From NCBI RefSeq assembly GCF_009914755.1, contig NC_060926.1: a stretch of DNA of 64,000 nucleotides; one strand, given 5' to 3'. The notes below the pieces were generated by a model. The model searched no databases, was not told the DNA's origin, and saw only the letters and a program-made list of their open reading frames with translations. The position numbers and the translations under genes are program-made. This DNA comes from the human T2T-CHM13v2.0 reference genome, Homo sapiens. Shown one piece after another: positions 27,431-40,532 of this stretch; position 1 is the stretch's first letter, and every line of letters starts with the position of its first letter.

Positions 27431-29030
27431 TTGGCCATATCTTATGGTTAACATAATTTGAAAAGACAACTAGGTGATCTTTCATAAACATGGCATGCAA
27501 TTAAAAATTAAATGTGTAAAGCTGAATAAGCAAAGTTGTTTCTAGTGTTTTAAAATATAGTTTAAGAAACAATAATGTGCCCCAATGTAGCACAATCAAT
27601 AGAAAGACATAACGAATATGAAGAATATGTCTTACAATAGAAATGATGTCCAAAGAAAGAAAAGATGAACATTTAGTTGGACTCTATCTTAGCTGGTTCA
27701 GCAGTAAATTTAACACCTTCACCGTGACTAATTCACTAATTCCTTATAGCTTTCTATTGTTTTGAAGTGTACAATAAACTTCATAGCCATGTGAGGTAAA
27801 TTAGACAGGTTATAGTTCATATTCAATCTGTCTACTACTCTGTGGAGAGATTCTAGGCATGGACAATTCCAAAATTAAGTTTCTCACATCCTACTATTTC
27901 CTGAAACATCCATTGTGTTTCTTCCCATATTATCAATTTATTAAAAGAGTAGGCTATATTTAGTTCTTCATTTCAATGCATTTTTTTAATTTTTAAAGCT
28001 ATCTGTTTAGCACACATGCATACACACACACAAATGCATATTTTCTAGATATGCTTGTAGGTTCTATATTGATGAGCAAAACAGAAGAAGGTCTTATCAT
28101 CATGTTGTTATGGTCCAGAAATAAACAACAACAAAAAAGAAACCCAGCAAAATTTAGCGTATTGCTGATAGGAGCCATAATAGATGTAGCTAAGTATGTA
28201 TACCTCCACCACTCTAATCTGGGCTTGGCTCACAACTTTGGTAAAGGTGTTTTTCAGTAGATCATCAACAATCGCCCTCTAAGTAAACCAATGTGTTTAA
28301 ACATTTTACCTTGATTTTGTTATGGCACTCACAGTATTTAATTGTTTTCATCATCTTTTTATTATTGAACTGTTCCTGAAGCCTTCAAATAATTCATTAG
28401 TTTATGATTAAAATACACGTAGCATGCATGATACAAATATTTAATCAATATACAAAAGTGTTTACTCATGTTTGTGCACACATATATGCTTTTTACTTAC
28501 ACAATTGCTGAACTCAGCCCTTTATTTCTATTATTCCTTTTTTTCTCATTCTGTTTATTTTTGCCATTACATTAATTAATTTTGCTATTAACTATTAGCA
28601 ATGCAGAAAAAGCAGGAAGCATAGCTCTCTTTTACAACTGCCTTCAGTACTAAGAAATGACTTCAGGGAGATGTATAGAGCTATAATCTTATGACTATAT
28701 TATGACTTTTATAAATCTTATATATATATAACATTGTATGTACATATATGCTTAAATACTGCCCATTAGATGCATCCTTAAAACTATTACATCCTTTTAT
28801 CTATCTATGAAGTTTTAGTATAATTTCCTTAAAAATATTTTCTTTACCAAGAAGATTGTACAAAAAGGTTAATACTTTGTAGGTTATTATTTAAAGTTCC
28901 ATGCCTTAGGTTGACATGCTATATAATATACATGTATAATTGTAGTTACATGATATAACTTGGAAATTTGATTATAAAACTAACATTTGTCTTTATATTG
29001 GGAAAAATAAGGACTTGACCTGTCTATAAA

Positions 29031-29261
29031 AGTGTTTCTTAAACTTATTTTTTATTATATCCCCCAAAGAAACTCTTTAAAATATTTTTTCCCAATCCCC
29101 ATCTCATACAAATTTAATATCAGAAAATACTACATATCTTTTTGTGTAGTGTGGCCCTTTGGAGGGCCACAAAGCTTTGAAATATCCATACTTTTTTTTA
29201 TAGCCCAAGAGTTCATTTTTGGCCCCTTGAGGGTTATAATTCCCATATAGAGAAATCATGG
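29031..29261. mobile_element. MER113-like hAT-Charlie fragment
   Basis: GTGGCCCTTTGGAGGGCCACAAA and CCCCTTGAGGGTTATAATTCCC...GAGAAATCATG match recalled MER113 motifs. Confidence 0.55.
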
Positions 29262-29516
29262 CTTATAAGGTCAACTCATCATGGTTGACCATGGTACTAC
29301 ATTTTTTGTTCTATTTCATTCAGAAAATCAAATTTATAACAATTAAGAAAGCTTTGGTTACAAATTAAATGAATTTTTAAAATAAACTACTTCAGATTTT
29401 AGTTTGTCTGAATTTTTTATTATATCATTCTCATTATATAGTCATAATAATTTAGTTCTATAATAAGTACTTTTTTAGTTATATAATCTTGTGCCATAAA
29501 TCTGTGACACTAGATT

Positions 29517-29717
29517 ATATATACATACAATTATATGTTAGTGTGTATATACACACATATATACACGTATGTGTATATACACACATATATACACGTATGT
29601 GTATATACACACATATATACACGTATGTGTATATATACACAAATGTGTATATATACACATATATACACAAATGTGTACAAATGTATGTATATACATATAT
29701 ATATATATATATATATA
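29517..29717. repeat. compound purine-pyrimidine minisatellite (3 perfect 28-bp units) plus (TA)n
   Basis: GTGTATATACACACATATATACACGTAT at 29543, 29571 and 29599, then decayed units and (TA)n. Confidence 0.95.
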
Positions 29718-30859
29718 GTTACTTATTCCCTTACACAGTAGTTTGAGATTTCATTACAGTCCTAATTTGTGAAGAAATTAATTAGACAGCATGGAAACAG
29801 ATTACGCAAAAAAGAAAGTTTTAACGTAAGTAGAAATAGAGGAGGTATTCAATAACTCAGGAAAAACAAATAAGTTAGGGCAACAATGTAACTTTGGGAA
29901 TTGTCCCGACATTGACACTCAATAATAAACTCATTTTGTTGAAATGATTACAGTGCATTTTGGAAAAGGTATATTCTCGATATAATCTTAAAATTGTAAT
30001 AATATGATCAGTACATCTGGAAAATAACAGTGAAAATTAAACTGAACTTCGTCTGGATACTGCAATTTTTACATGGCTCTGTCAAATGTCAGGCTTCCCT
30101 CTCCCTCACCAATTTCAAAAATGTTTCACCATGATTTCAAACAGTGAATCATCCCACCCCTTGCCAACCATCTGTTTTGTCTGCCCCCTCATTGACTCAA
30201 ATTAGATGATGGAGGGCGGGGCAGGTTCTCAAGAGCAGCCATTAACACTGGAGGAGAAAGGTTCTGGCAGCAGACTTTCCATTGGAAATTATGGACCACT
30301 AAAACTGGCAAGAAGAAACTTACAGACAGAGCACTTAAGAGTAAAATAAAACTATGAACAAGAAGGGTGTGGAAAAAATTAAAATATAAAAAGATCAGCT
30401 AATCAATAGAAAAATAAATTACAAGACAAAATTCAAAAAGTATCAGATACCAAAGAAGCTAAAAAGGGTAAAACATGTCTGAAAAATATGATAAGAAACA
30501 TTAGAAAAGAAGCCATATATGACAGAAAATCTCGTGCTTAAGAAATGTCTTGCCATATTTTATATTTAAATATGCTCTCTGGATTAGCATTTATATTTGT
30601 GAAAAGATATGTGAGAAAAATAATTTACTACCAATTTCTTTTGTATTGGCGCACGTTTGAAGAAAAAGAGAACATCAAATGGAATTATGTACGTGGAATA
30701 ACGGACATACTTCAGGAAAATTCTTATGCATACTACAACAGGATGAAACTTAGCAGGACATGGTAACAATTAATTTTTCTGATAAAAAACTAATATTCAT
30801 TTCGTTTGAAGGAATGAATGTTTTAAAATCCAAATGAAGAGAATGAAGCAACTAGAAAA

Positions 30860-30991
30860 ATATTTTCTATCCTCTGAAATCATGCAGAAAGTTGCTAAAA
30901 CCAGCCCATATTCTAGGGCAGGGAACTTAGATTTTGCATCTTGATAGGAGATGTGTAAAATCATTTGTAGACCTGTTGTACAAGCACCACA
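30860..30991 (-). mobile_element. old MLT1 (H-L type) LTR fragment
   Basis: CCAGCCCATATTCTAGGGCAGGGAAC...CATCTTGATAGGAG...CACCACA motif order. Confidence 0.4.
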
Positions 30992-31043
30992 ATGATAAGC
31001 ACATTTTCAGTATAAAATTATGTAATGGTCATCAAGCTTAACA

Positions 31044-31158
31044 AGAGGTTGGCCAACCAGAACAGTTTTCCTGGGACGGAGGGGCTTCCTAGGATGTTAG
31101 AATTTCAGTACTAAAACTGGGAAAGTCTTAGATAAACTCCAGAGAGTTGGCTATGCTA
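31044..31158. mobile_element. MER94 (hAT-Blackjack) MITE
   Basis: GGCCAACC...CCTGGGACGGAGGGGCTTCC...TTTCAGTACTAAAACTGGGAAAGTC...GAGTTGGCTATGCTA with terminal inverted-repeat remnants. Confidence 0.75.
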
Positions 31159-32189
31159 CAATTATTCTGATAACACTAAAAATGGGAACGTGAGGTAGAG
31201 AAGTATTAAAGTCCTCACAGTTAAAGTACGCATAAGTCCTAACAAAGTATATACTTCATGGAAAACTACAAAAAAGATACACTTTATAAAATGATTGATT
31301 TCTGGTCAAATAAACTGAAGAAACTTTAGTCACATTATTTCTCCCTAGAGACTTAGATAATTAAGCCTGGCATCATACAAATATCTTTGATTGACAAATA
31401 TTTCTTTTCCACATAAAACTTGTTAAATAGACCATATTTTGGAAAATGATAAATGAAATACAAGCAAACAATGCCATGAAATGTCTATTTGTGCAAATAC
31501 AAAGTCATTAATATGGAGACATACTCAAAGATCAGAAAATGTGAGAGATTTAAAAGCACAATGTTGTTGAATATGCATGCTTTGTGAGTTTCCTACCTGA
31601 CTACTTTGATTTTAGGTATATAAGGATTGTATTCGTTCAGGTAAAGATTGAAATACATGGTTAAGTCAGGAATTTCCAGAAATAGAGCCAATTTTGTTTT
31701 AAATAAAATAAAGTAACAGACACCCAAGCTTAAATTATCTGGCTAAATGTCTGTGTGGGAAAGTTCTCACATCCTCCTCACTTTCTGCTTCACTCTAATC
31801 AGAACCATTAGTCTTCTCATCTTTTGAATATCAAATTCACCTGCAGTGGAAAAATACAGGAATATTAAAGTTTCTTTTGTCAAAACATAAAGTACAGTTT
31901 GCAAATCATACTATAGCTCTCTTGAAGGCCATTTTATTCATTGAAGAACAAAATCAGGTTTAATAATTTTCTAGATCAATCTTTCTGAAATTTATTAACA
32001 AGACAAGAATCATTTAAATCAAAATATGAAATGAAGTTTTGAGGGAAAATAGCTAAAAGATTCATGGTTTTTCTTTCTGTTTTAATTCAGGAGAATTGTA
32101 GCATTAAAGTCCTTCAATGAACCAAAATACGTAACTTAGTAATTCTAAAACTGGAATGCAATATGATGTCATAACAAGTATCCAAGAAT

Positions 32190-32710
32190 GGAGAGTTAGA
32201 ACATCTGATTTTGGGATCTTTTGCTGCAGTGACTGTGTGGAATGATTTGAGGAAATATAAGTCTCTCATAACCTTAGATTTCTCATCTACAAACTAAAGA
32301 ATGATTTATTGGCCAGGCGCGGTGGCTCATGCCTGTAGTCGTAGCACTTTGGGAGGCAGAGGCGGGCGGATTGCCTGAGCTCAAGAGTTCGAGACCAGCC
32401 TGGGCAACATGGTGAAACCCCGTCTCTACTAAAATACAAAAAAAAAAAAAAAAAAATTAGCCAGGCGTGGTGGTGGGCGCCTGTAGTCCCAGCTGCTAAG
32501 GAGGCTGAGGCAGGAGAATCACATGAACCCAGGAGGCAGAAGTTGCAGTGAGCCTAGATGGAGCCACTGCACTCCAGCCTGGCAATACAGCTAGACTCCG
32601 TCTCCAAAAAAAAAAAAAAAAAAAAAAAAAAAGATTTCCTTCATGCAAATTCTTGAAGTTACTGTATGTATAAAATGAGATAGTATTTGTGAAATAATAT
32701 TTAAAAAAAG
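32190..32710 (+). mobile_element. MIR split by an Alu insertion
   Basis: The MIR core CCTTAGATTTCTCATCTACAAA lies left of the Alu and ATAAAATGAGATAGTATTTGTGAAA lies right of it. Confidence 0.55.
32311..32632 (+). mobile_element. AluS, full length
   Basis: GGCCAGGCGCGGTGGCTC start, expanded middle A tract and long pure A tail. Confidence 0.96.
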
Positions 32711-32784
32711 CCTGATTTACGATACTGCTATAACTAGGGATCAATTTGTACTGAGAGCACATCATTCATTTTGATAATGATTAT

Positions 32785-32990
32785 CACCATTTATGAAATA
32801 GTTTGGCATTACCTGATTTTATGCTAAGCACTCCATTATTTAATGCTGACAGCAGTTTTGTTGAGAGAGGGATTACTTTCATTTTACAGTTGAGGAAACT
32901 GCGGATCAGAGTTAGAAAGGCATTTCCCAAGATCACACATCTATCTAGTCAGGAGGAAGCAAATATGCATGTTCTGGTCCCACTATGTTA
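32785..32990 (-). mobile_element. MIR
   Basis: CATTTTACAGTTGAGGAAACTG...TTCCCAAGATCACACA core. Confidence 0.8.
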
Positions 32991-33055
32991 CATAGCATCT
33001 CAAACATCCCAGTTAACAGATTTTGCCCTTGGTATTAAGAAGTTCTTGAAGATCT

Positions 33056-33249
33056 CTGCCTCAGCCTCCTGAGTAGCTGGGATTACAGGCACCCGCCACC
33101 ACACCCAACTAATATTTGTTTCTGTATTTTTAGTAGAGATAGGGTTTCACCGTGTTAGCCAGGATGGTCTCGATCTCCTGACCTCGTGATCCGCCCACCT
33201 CAGCCTCCCAAAGTGCTGGGATTACAGGCGTGAGCCACTGTGCCTGGCC
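33056..33249 (-). mobile_element. AluY/Sc-like, 3'-truncated with no tail
   Basis: GTGTTAGCCAGGATGGTCTCGATCTCCTGACCTCGTGATCC diagnostics. The element stops mid right arm. Confidence 0.93.
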
Positions 33250-33787
33250 GTCAGAACTAATTATTAAACCTAAGTTCCTGTATTATTGATTTTATGTGAT
33301 ACACTGCTTTCTACTTTCTACACTATATTTGAGGTAAATATTTCAGGTAAGTTACTGAAATTCTGGATAAAAGTTATTTCAGTGACCAGAGCTAAAGAGA
33401 TATTATTGCTGAAGCAAGTGTTGTAAATCTAAAATCTCAAAAAGCTAAGTCCTTTAGTACTTTCATAGCAGTTTACTGGAAGGCCCGTCAGGTGCTGACA
33501 ATCAATTGATAATCATCTGATAAGATCAATAAAGATTAAAAAGGAGACAAACTCCATCCAAAACAGCTGCTTCAAATTTCCATGCCTAAATGTAATGGTA
33601 AGACTCATCTTTCTAATGACTGCAATTCTGCAACTTTTACTTTGTCTTCTATGGACACAGGTTCTACTTGGAGCCAAGGGATTTATTCATAAAATGGAAG
33701 AGGTAGGAAGTTTCACAGTGAAATATTTTCAAGCTTTCATTTTTTTTTCCAATACAATTTTCCATTGTATTGGTCTCCCTAAGAATT

Positions 33788-34128
33788 TGCCTTAGTTTAT
33801 CCTGGTATCACAAAATACCTGAGACTAGAAAATTTATAAGTAATAGAAATTTGTTTCTCATACTTCCAGAAGTTTTAAGTCCAAGATCAAGCTACTGGCA
33901 GGTGGTGTCTGGTGAGGACCTTCTTGCTGTGTCCTTACATGGCGGGAAAGGGGAAGAGAATGAACGACCCATTTCCTCAGATCATTTATATGAGCCCTAA
34001 TTCCATCTGTGAGGGTTCTGCCCTCATGCCGTTATCACTTCTGAAGTTTCCATCCACCTCTGAGTACTCTCACATCAGTAATTATGCTTCAATGTATAAA
34101 TTGTGGGGGGCACATTGAGACCATCACG
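33788..34128 (-). mobile_element. MST (MSTC/D-like) MaLR solo LTR
   Basis: CACAAAATACCTGAGACT...AAGTCCAAGATCAAG...GTCTGGTGAGGACC...GCCCTCATG...GGGGGGCACATTGAGACCAT. Confidence 0.8.
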
Positions 34129-34592
34129 TTCGCTTCTCATTCATATTGCTCTTTTGGTGTGGCTTGCCAGAAATTCAGTGAAAATTGAATTTTGATTAAT
34201 CTGTGGATTAATTTTCTGGAAAGCACAAGTTTGGTTAATATTAAGGTAAGTCAAAATGGAAAAGTAGTTTTTCAAAAGAAAAAATAAGAAAAAGGAAAAA
34301 GAGACAAAACTTGTCTGTTTAACTCAATTCTCATGTCTTGAATGTGGCCAGGTATAATCATATTGTGACACCACAGTTAGTGTGCCTACAATTGCATTGT
34401 ATTCAAGAGAAGAAATATATAACTTGATTTGTGTGTGCCCAATGAAGCTATAGGACTATGTGACACAGTAACCAGAGCAGAGCCTTCCAAAGTATATCCC
34501 ATGGAAAACAAGAAAGGAATGTCCATTTGGGAGAAAGTTGGGCTGGAGGTGGTAACAATTGAAAGTTTCATTTTTCTAGTTTATGTGGTTTT

Positions 34593-34742
34593 TTTTTGGC
34601 TTTTATTTTTGAGACAGGGTCTTGCTCTGTTGCCCAGGCTGGAGTGCCGTGGTGCAAACACAGCTCACTGTAGCTTTGACCTCCCAGACTTAAGCAATTC
34701 TCACACCTCAGCCTCCCAAGTAGCTAGGACCACAGGAGCACA
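34593..34742 (-). mobile_element. 5'-truncated AluJ right arm / FRAM with TSD
   Basis: Right monomer only. TSD TAGTTTATGT[G/A]GTTTT at 34577-34592 and 34743-34758. Confidence 0.9.
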
Positions 34743-34799
34743 TAGTTTATGTAGTTTTGCTGATTCAATTTTTTTCCTTCTACTCAAAGAAAGGTAAAA

Positions 34800-35000
34800 A
34801 ATATTCCAGTGTATCCATGGAAAGTCTACTATATGCCAGAGACTTCTCTCTCAGTTAATCACTAGAACAACTCTTGTCAGTTTGGCAATATTATTTAATT
34901 GTACCAGTTTTACTGAAAAAAAAAATAAAGCTCAGAACTCAGAAAAATAAAAAGAAGCTTTCCAAGGTCACACAGTTCCGGGACTTGGAATTTTTATCTA
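34800..35000 (-). mobile_element. MIR
   Basis: CTACTATATGCCAG...TTTTACTGA...TTCCAAGGTCACACAG. Confidence 0.55.
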
Positions 35001-36339
35001 GCATTGATTTTTCTACTGAACATTTCAAAAGAAAGTCAGGCAGTATAAATTAAATTAGCAACAACTGCTCTTAGAATGCTCCAACTGCCTATATGCATGC
35101 AAATAGGAATTATATGTGTGTTTGTGTGGGGTTGTATACACACTGTGTGTGTATGTGTGTGTGTGTTCTATATTTTCTATTTTTTTAAACATATCAAGGA
35201 GCAGAAGTATCCTGTGCTTTTCTTTTAGGGAATCATGGTTTCACAGAAACAGGGGATTATGTGCTCTGCATCACAGCCAAGCTTTTGGAAGAAATATTAC
35301 AACCATAAGAGTGGGCAATGGCAACCACTGAGAAAAGAAAGCAAAATGTACCCATGGGAGCTACACTACAAAGAGAAAAGGAGCCACAGGGAGTCTTTGT
35401 GGATATGAAAATGGGCCCTGAGCTTGAGGGTAGCAAGCTCTCTGCTAATAGCTTGTACTTACTAGTATTTCCTACAGTTTGAACATGTATATTAATAAAA
35501 TAATTCAAAAGGCTAAATATTTATTTTATCAACCCAATTAGAGACAGATGTCTATGAATTTGTCAAAATAAATTTAATGGAATGGTAAATTTCTGGAAAC
35601 AATGGTCACATAGTGCCAAAATGGGAGTCTGTCTTTATCAGTTTCAATTCTTAAAGATTCCTCAATGAAAAAACCCCACCAACATCACCAAATGTAACCT
35701 ATAAGTTTAATAAGCATCACTTCTGATATAATCAAAGCATAACTTTTGTATATTTGTTTATTATGGTCTCCCATTATTTATTTAAAATGTATGTAATTGG
35801 GCCCTGTTATCCTTCTCTTTCCTCTAGTTAAAAACTAAACAGGTCCATTTTCTTGTTTTGTTTTTCACATGACTCCTTTAAAAACATTCTTAAGGCCCCT
35901 TGAAGTGAAACTATCATTAAACTTAATTCAGTGCAGGTAGAGAATGGTATGGCCTTTTCTCCCTCTCCCTTTTTACTTCCTTTCTGACTCTTAGCTTCCC
36001 GTTTTACAAAAACATTGAGTCTAAGCCGGTACCAGGAACAGAGGAAATTGGTAAATCAGGAAAAGATTTTATTTGGCTGATGATGTATACTCTTGTAAGG
36101 TAACTTCATTATCTCAGCCATGAGGGTATAAGAGTGGACCCATTCTCTAATGCCAAATTCATAGACTATCCAGTTCCCTGGGGGCATCTCTGTTTATGAC
36201 CCTCTGTTCATTTTACACATATGCTTGCTCTGGAAGTCTCATGACATTCTTTGGCAGAACTTAAAAAGGCTCTAGCCTAGCAATCTCTCTTCCCTGTGGC
36301 TCACATTTAGTCCATTGGAAATATTTTTTGCCCTAGTAA

Positions 36340-36758
<419 letters not shown>

Positions 36759-36807
36759 AGGGAAAGTATTTTGTGGTTTCAGGGAAAGCATTTTGTGGTT
36801 TCAGGGA
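36759..36807. repeat. 22-bp tandem duplication
   Basis: AGGGAAAG[T/C]ATTTTGTGGTTTC twice, then AGGGA. Confidence 0.95.
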
Positions 36808-37289
36808 TCCCACTAAGCTCTCTCCCCTAGATTTGTGAGGTAAGATTCAAATACTGCTTGAGAAGGTAAGATTCAACTGCCACTTTGGGAAGTGTTAATG
36901 AAAATCACAGGACGGCAAAGGCTCTCAAGTAATCTGTTTGTGTTCAGATGCCTCTAAGGGTCTAAGAATTGTGGAACAATATTTTGATTATTTTTCTTTC
37001 ACAATTTTTTTTTTTGGGATTTGCACACACTATCTAATATTAATATCTATTTTGTGGGTGACAACCTTGTACCTAAAGTCAAAATAGTTTAAATTTTACA
37101 GTATGTTACATAATAAAACATATTTCCACATGATCAACACGACTTTTAAAGTGTTCGTGGTGTACTTCGTCCACTTGAATATTTCCAAGAAATTCAAGTC
37201 AATTGGTCTGACACAGGCTAAAGTGGGTTGACCTCCCAATAGAAGACACCAAAGTCATCTCAGGACAGCTTTGTTTTCTGAAGTATTAT

Positions 37290-37440
37290 AATTGTTTATT
37301 TCAGCATCTGTTTTTATCCACTGTTCTGAAAGCTCTTTGAAGACAGGAAATATGATTTTTAAATGTCTATATCACATGGCTTATCACTATATCTGTTGCA
37401 TAGAAAGTTTAACACAAAATTGTTGAAAAAATTAAACTTA
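37290..37440 (+). mobile_element. L2 3' end
   Basis: CTGAAAGCTCTTTGAAGACAGG...CATAGAAAG...AAAATTGTTGAA. Confidence 0.55.
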
Positions 37441-37719
37441 AAAATCCTCACCAGTTCAGAAACAAGAACAATCATTTATTGACTGTGAGCCCAGTTAAAA
37501 TCTAACATAGCATACAGTGTAATATAATGGTCAGAAGTGAGAGTAAATCTTCTTATGCTAAATCTGCCAATGATTGGGGCAAACGACTAACAGTGAACAA
37601 CTCCTGGTGTATTTTATTTAAATTCTCCATAAATCCTCCTTACGCTATTTCACCACCAAAGCTTTCTATACAACTCAGCCTTCTTATGATATAGATGGAA
37701 AGGTACAAGAATACAGAGA

Positions 37720-38750
37720 AACCTATCAGATTCTTGTTTTAAGTTTCTTTGTAGACATTAGTTAACTTATACCTTATACCTTGCAAGAGCTAAGCTAAAG
37801 ATGGGGGGTAAAGAGTTATTTTATAATAGTAGTATTTTAATTTAACATTAAAAATCGGGAAATAGAGTTTAAATCAGAAACCACAGAGGAAAAGGAGACT
37901 ACAGAAGAAATAAGGGTATAACAGAACCTTTCTGGACACTATAAAAAGAGACAAAAATTTGACCAGATGGCGGGGGAGGAAAAATTGGAGAGGGTACATA
38001 TAGGGAGAGAAGGAGGCTCAGTGTCTAAGAGGGTGTGCAAAACCCCATCCTTCTGGGCTAAGCCCCAGAGATATGTGCCAAGGCCCCAGGAGGAGTTGGG
38101 GGATGCCAAAACACGAGCATTGGCTGGCTTCCCATGTTAAATCCTAGGTAGCTTGGTGCCTCAGAGAGACATAATGATGGGGGAGATGGCTGAGTCTAGG
38201 ATCCCAAAGGGCAGCATAGCAGGATCCCACAACCTGCAATGTGGTGCAGAAAAAGCACAGTCTCTGAGTCCTTAGACAGCAGGCAGGAGACTCCAAGGGA
38301 AGCAGCATTTTTAGAGTAGTCCTTAAAGTTCAGGCATAGATGACTCTGAGAGACTAGCGAGGCTCTAACCACTGAGGAATATAGAGGACTAGCTATTAAC
38401 TCGGCAACTGCAATGGAGACAGAGGCTTATGCTCGAAGACTGCAGGACAGCTAGCATATCAAAGGGCACCCTGAAAAGGTACCCGTTCACAATGCCAGAA
38501 TGATACCTCTGTCTTCCAGGAAATTGGGTCATTTCTGGTAGAAACAGCAGACGGGAAAGATAAGGAACCCTCAACTGATTGTACACCTACCCAGTTTTAA
38601 ACTGAAAGTGGCTCAGTTCCAGAATTAACTTTTTTTATTACTACTAGTCCTTAAGAACTAAGCTAAGTGCTGTATAGAAAAAATAAATTAATTAAAATGT
38701 TTTAAACCTGAATTTTGTAAACTGCTAAAAATGTGAAATCAGTATGCCCA
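37720..38750 (+). mobile_element. possible ancient LTR (MamGypLTR-like)
   Basis: ~1 kb purine/GC-richer island with TATAAAA at 37940 and AATAAA at 38682. Its 3' region resembles recalled MamGypLTR ends. Confidence 0.35.
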
Positions 38751-38980
38751 TTGCACTGGCTATGAAAATTTTTGCAAACTCTCTGTTTTTATTTCTGCAT
38801 AGTTAGAAGAGGACACAACTAGAGTTACCACACACATTTTTCTTTCACTCTTTGAAATGTCCCAGTTATGGTTATCTTAACATTAATAACAAAACAACTC
38901 ATAGAACAATGTTTAGCTCTGAAAATGCAGATAAGCTTTTAGTGTAATACCATTGTTTTCTAAGCACTCAAAAATTATTG

Positions 38981-39295
38981 TTTTCTTTTTCTTTCCTTTT
39001 TTTTTTTTTTTTTTTTGAGACAGGTTCTCACTTTGTCACCCAGGCTGGAGTACAGTGGTGTGATTTCAGCTCACTGCAACCTCAACCTCCTGGATCAAGT
39101 GATTCTTCCACTTCAGCTTTCTGAGTAACTGAGACCACAGGCATGTACCACCACCCCAGTGAATTTTTGCATTTTTTTGTAGACAACGTTTTGCTGTGTT
39201 GCCCAGGATGGTCATGACCTTCTGGGTTCAAGTGATCTGCTCACCTCTCCCTCCCAAAATTCTGGGATTACAGGCATGAGCCACTGTGCCTGACC
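38981..39295 (-). mobile_element. AluJ (Jb-like)
   Basis: Full dimer with T tail and J-type features, followed by a C11 run. Confidence 0.92.
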
Positions 39296-40532
39296 CCCCC
39301 CCCCATTATTACCATTTTTAAGCAACATATTGAGGTAAAGAAAAAAGGTTTAAAAATGCATCAAATTTCTTCAATAGTGGCAAACTCTTGATTTCTTACA
39401 TGAACTTTGAGCAGCATGAAACCAATCAACTTCTCTCCTGAAAGATAGCTCTAAACAAACTTGGGGGGGGCATTTCTACCTTAATTTAAGAAAATATTAG
39501 ATAATATAAGACCTAGAATATTCTGATTTAGTATTTGAGAACATTTTCCTATAGCTGAATCATGATTGCAAGCAGTAAGTTTATCGTTTAACCATCAGTA
39601 TGAGGAAATGCAATAATTAATATGTACTTTAAACTAAAGATAATCTGGATTGACTTGAGGTGTCCTGCTATCATAGTTAAAAAGATGTATCATAGTTGCG
39701 TAAGGAATTAGGAAAAAATCTGTACACCGTCTCTGCAAGCTTTCTCATCTAGATTTCCTTTCTCGCACTGCATCGTTTTCTTAGCTAATGAATGAAAATG
39801 GGTTGAAAGCAAAGGCTCTTTCAATGAAAGGAAAGCCATTATGAATCAGAAAATTGTAAAAAGGAGAGAAAATGAACTACTCTGAGAGCCCATACAATTT
39901 TAGGAGACAAGTGTAGAATTTCTCTTCTGGTGAGGCAGGGTGGTAGAGTGAAATTAGGCAAATAGGCATCCAATTAACCATCAACAAATATGTGTGCCAA
40001 AATGCCAGGCAAGGAGCACAGTCACATGCAAAACCCAGGCTCAGAGCCTAATTCTATCCACTTCACAGAATAAAAATGACTCTATTTCTGTAGTCCGCAC
40101 TGACCTTCACATAAGGATTTCATCCTGGAAATCTATTGCTCTATATAAGTCTTTGGCAATTTCATCTGGACCCAGCTTCAATTATCACCTCTGTGGGAAT
40201 GACTCCTGCTGCTACTCATTCTTCCTTTGTGTTTATATAAAATCTTAGGTTCTTTTGAAGATCACCCCCTCCAGTCATGCCACTATCTCCATCTTTTTGT
40301 CTTTGTCATCTGTAGGACTTCTTGGTCTCCTTGAAGACATTGCCCGTCCAGTTTTTATCTCTATCCTGACTCATACAATCATCTTATGTGTCTTTATTGC
40401 CCAGTGTCACATCATTTAATAACATTCACCTCTCAGTTGATCCAGTCTTTAACACAAGCCCACTATTTGTAACAGTCTCGAATCCTACTCTCAAACCACA
40501 GCCTGTAAGATTACTGAGAGCAGAATCCATGT

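Noticed and set aside
29543-29626. 28-bp repeats of CRISPR-like length
   Set aside because: Head-to-tail with no spacers, low complexity, eukaryotic context and no cas genes.
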